Positions 23,008 to 24,000 of a DNA stretch of 24,000 nucleotides are shown here, piece by piece (position 1 is the stretch's first letter; each line of letters opens with the position of its first letter). The notes under the pieces are model-generated. The model made no database searches. It saw nothing but the letters and a program-made list of their open reading frames with translations, and was not told where the DNA came from. This DNA comes from Phycisphaerales bacterium. GTDB lineage: Bacteria; Planctomycetota; Phycisphaerae; Phycisphaerales; UBA1924. The stretch spans positions 179 through 24,178 of the forward strand of contig JALHNK010000037.1 in the NCBI GenBank assembly GCA_022843565.1, read 5' to 3'. Both the position numbers and the translations under genes were made by a program.

Positions 23008-24000
23008 TCAGAACACGATATTCGCCGAGCTACTCGCTGACGCGCCGAGCGTCGCGCCGCCGGTGACATCGATGATCTCACCCACGCCGTTCCCGCCGTT
23101 AGCCCCGGCGCCGCTAGACCCGCTGGTATCGATGTTGGCGGCGTTCCCTGAAAACCTGTTGCCAACCACAAGGCTTCCGGGGCCGGTGAGCACCACCGCC
23201 GCAACCGAGGACTGCACGAACGTGCAACCCCGCACAGTGGCCCGCCCGCCGCCGGTGGAGCTTGTCAGGACGCCTCGGGCGCACGACAGGAACGTGGTGT
23301 CAACGACTTCACCCCGCCCGCTGGCAAGAACTCCCGGCGCGGCTGTGCCCCGGATGAGGCACCGCTCGACGCGCCCGCCCGGCGAGATCGCGATCCCGGC
23401 GTTTGACAACGACGAGGTGCTGGTGCCACCGGAGACGGTGCAATCGATCACCAGCGAAGCCGTCGCAGAGATCCCGGTCGCAGTGGGCGAAACGACGACG
23501 CACGACCGCACAACGCTGCCGGTGCCAACGGTGATGCCGATGGTGCCGCCCTCGGTCGTGGACGACTCAACGAGCGAGCCGGGGCCGACCTGGATGCCGG
23601 TCTCACCTGTGGTGGCCCGCGTGCGAACGTTCCGGACGATCACGCCGTCGGAGCTGCCGATCTCAAGTTGACCGCCGAGGGAATCCATGAACGCCATGTC
23701 GTGAAACGTGGAGTTCTCGAACGCGCCGAACGCGCCGTAGCCGCGATAGCCGCGGACGGTGCCGTTGCGGAGCACAAAGTTCCGGACAGCAGTCGTCGCG
23801 CGAACCCCGGCCGGGAAGCCCGTCCCGGCGGGGTCTTGGCTGAGGGTGAAGCCGTTGAGATCCAGCGTGACGTTGTCCGCCGCGATCTGAATGCCGTTGC
23901 GGCCGCCGCCGGTGACGAGGTTGCCGGTCAGGTAGTACGAGCCCGGCTGCGTGATCCGGAACTCGTTGCTCGCGTCGCCCGGCGTGTTCGCCGCGCTGAT
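23008..24000 (-). CDS. Right-handed parallel beta-helix repeat protein (N-terminus lies beyond the window end)
   Basis: The track lists 23008-23775, but my translation of the same frame stays open to 24000 (ISAANTPGDASNEFRITQPGSYYLTGNLVTGGGRNGIQIAADNVTLDLNGFTL...). It shows repetitive G/S/T/V-rich coils (GIQVGPGSLVE, GITVGTGSVVRSC, GISATASLVIDCT, AISPGGRVERCLI) typical of pectate-lyase-fold or tailspike-like proteins. Confidence 0.7.
   Translation of the reverse strand: MSAANTPGDASNEFRITQPGSYYLTGNLVTGGGRNGIQIAADNVTLDLNGFTLSQDPAGTGFPAGVRATTAVRNFVLRNGTVRGYRGYGAFGAFENSTFHDMAFMDSLGGQLEIGSSDGVIVRNVRTRATTGETGIQVGPGSLVESSTTEGGTIGITVGTGSVVRSCVVVSPTATGISATASLVIDCTVSGGTSTSSLSNAGIAISPGGRVERCLIRGTAAPGVLASGRGEVVDTTFLSCARGVLTSSTGGGRATVRGCTFVQSSVAAVVLTGPGSLVVGNRFSGNAANIDTSGSSGAGANGGNGVGEIIDVTGGATLGASASSSANIVF

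Noticed and set aside
1-24000. Prophage, integrative element, IS or genomic island boundaries
   Set aside because: There is no integrase, transposase, tRNA attachment site or long flanking direct repeat, and I see no compositional discontinuity anywhere in the window.

Overview
Strongly GC-rich (marked GC3 bias) bacterial chromosomal segment. I support 25 protein-coding genes and find no rRNA, tRNA, CRISPR array, transposase or integrase. Genes from about 1.9 kb to 16.9 kb all lie on the + strand, and many have overlapping stop and start codons. A PEP-CTERM protein, Pro/Ala/Thr-rich low-complexity linkers and an OlsF-like aminolipid synthase suggest a Planctomycetota/Phycisphaerae-like organism, but this is inference only. 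Most long ORFs in the supplied track are antisense shadows of real genes, typical of high-GC DNA, and two edge-truncated genes (1-1657 minus, 23008-24000 minus) are missing from the track. Housekeeping genes include gpsA, rnhA, a type-3B transaldolase, a TatD hydrolase, yajQ, an MFS transporter and a P1B metal ATPase. Candidates for something undescribed: (1) an ECF sigma factor with an RsrA-spaced zinc anti-sigma factor, followed directly by four translationally coupled genes; their core is a haem-b ferric-reductase-type membrane domain fused to a Rieske [2Fe-2S] domain, plus an unclassifiable exported partner with a Cys motif (9088-12385). These sit inside a wider thiol/redox-themed neighbourhood containing a YHS-like::CPYC thioredoxin-fold fusion, DoxX and DinB. 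(2) An overlapping DinB, NRDE/TANGO2-like and membrane ATP-grasp trio just upstream of a fused PlsC-like/OlsB-like acyltransferase (12434-16910). (3) A 149-bp intergenic inverted repeat built from GAACRY hexamers, which brackets the chaN stop codon and the tatD start codon (18870-19018). (4) A membrane protein with two identically spaced zinc ribbons (4449-5006). All functional calls rest on motifs read by eye, and no database search was possible.
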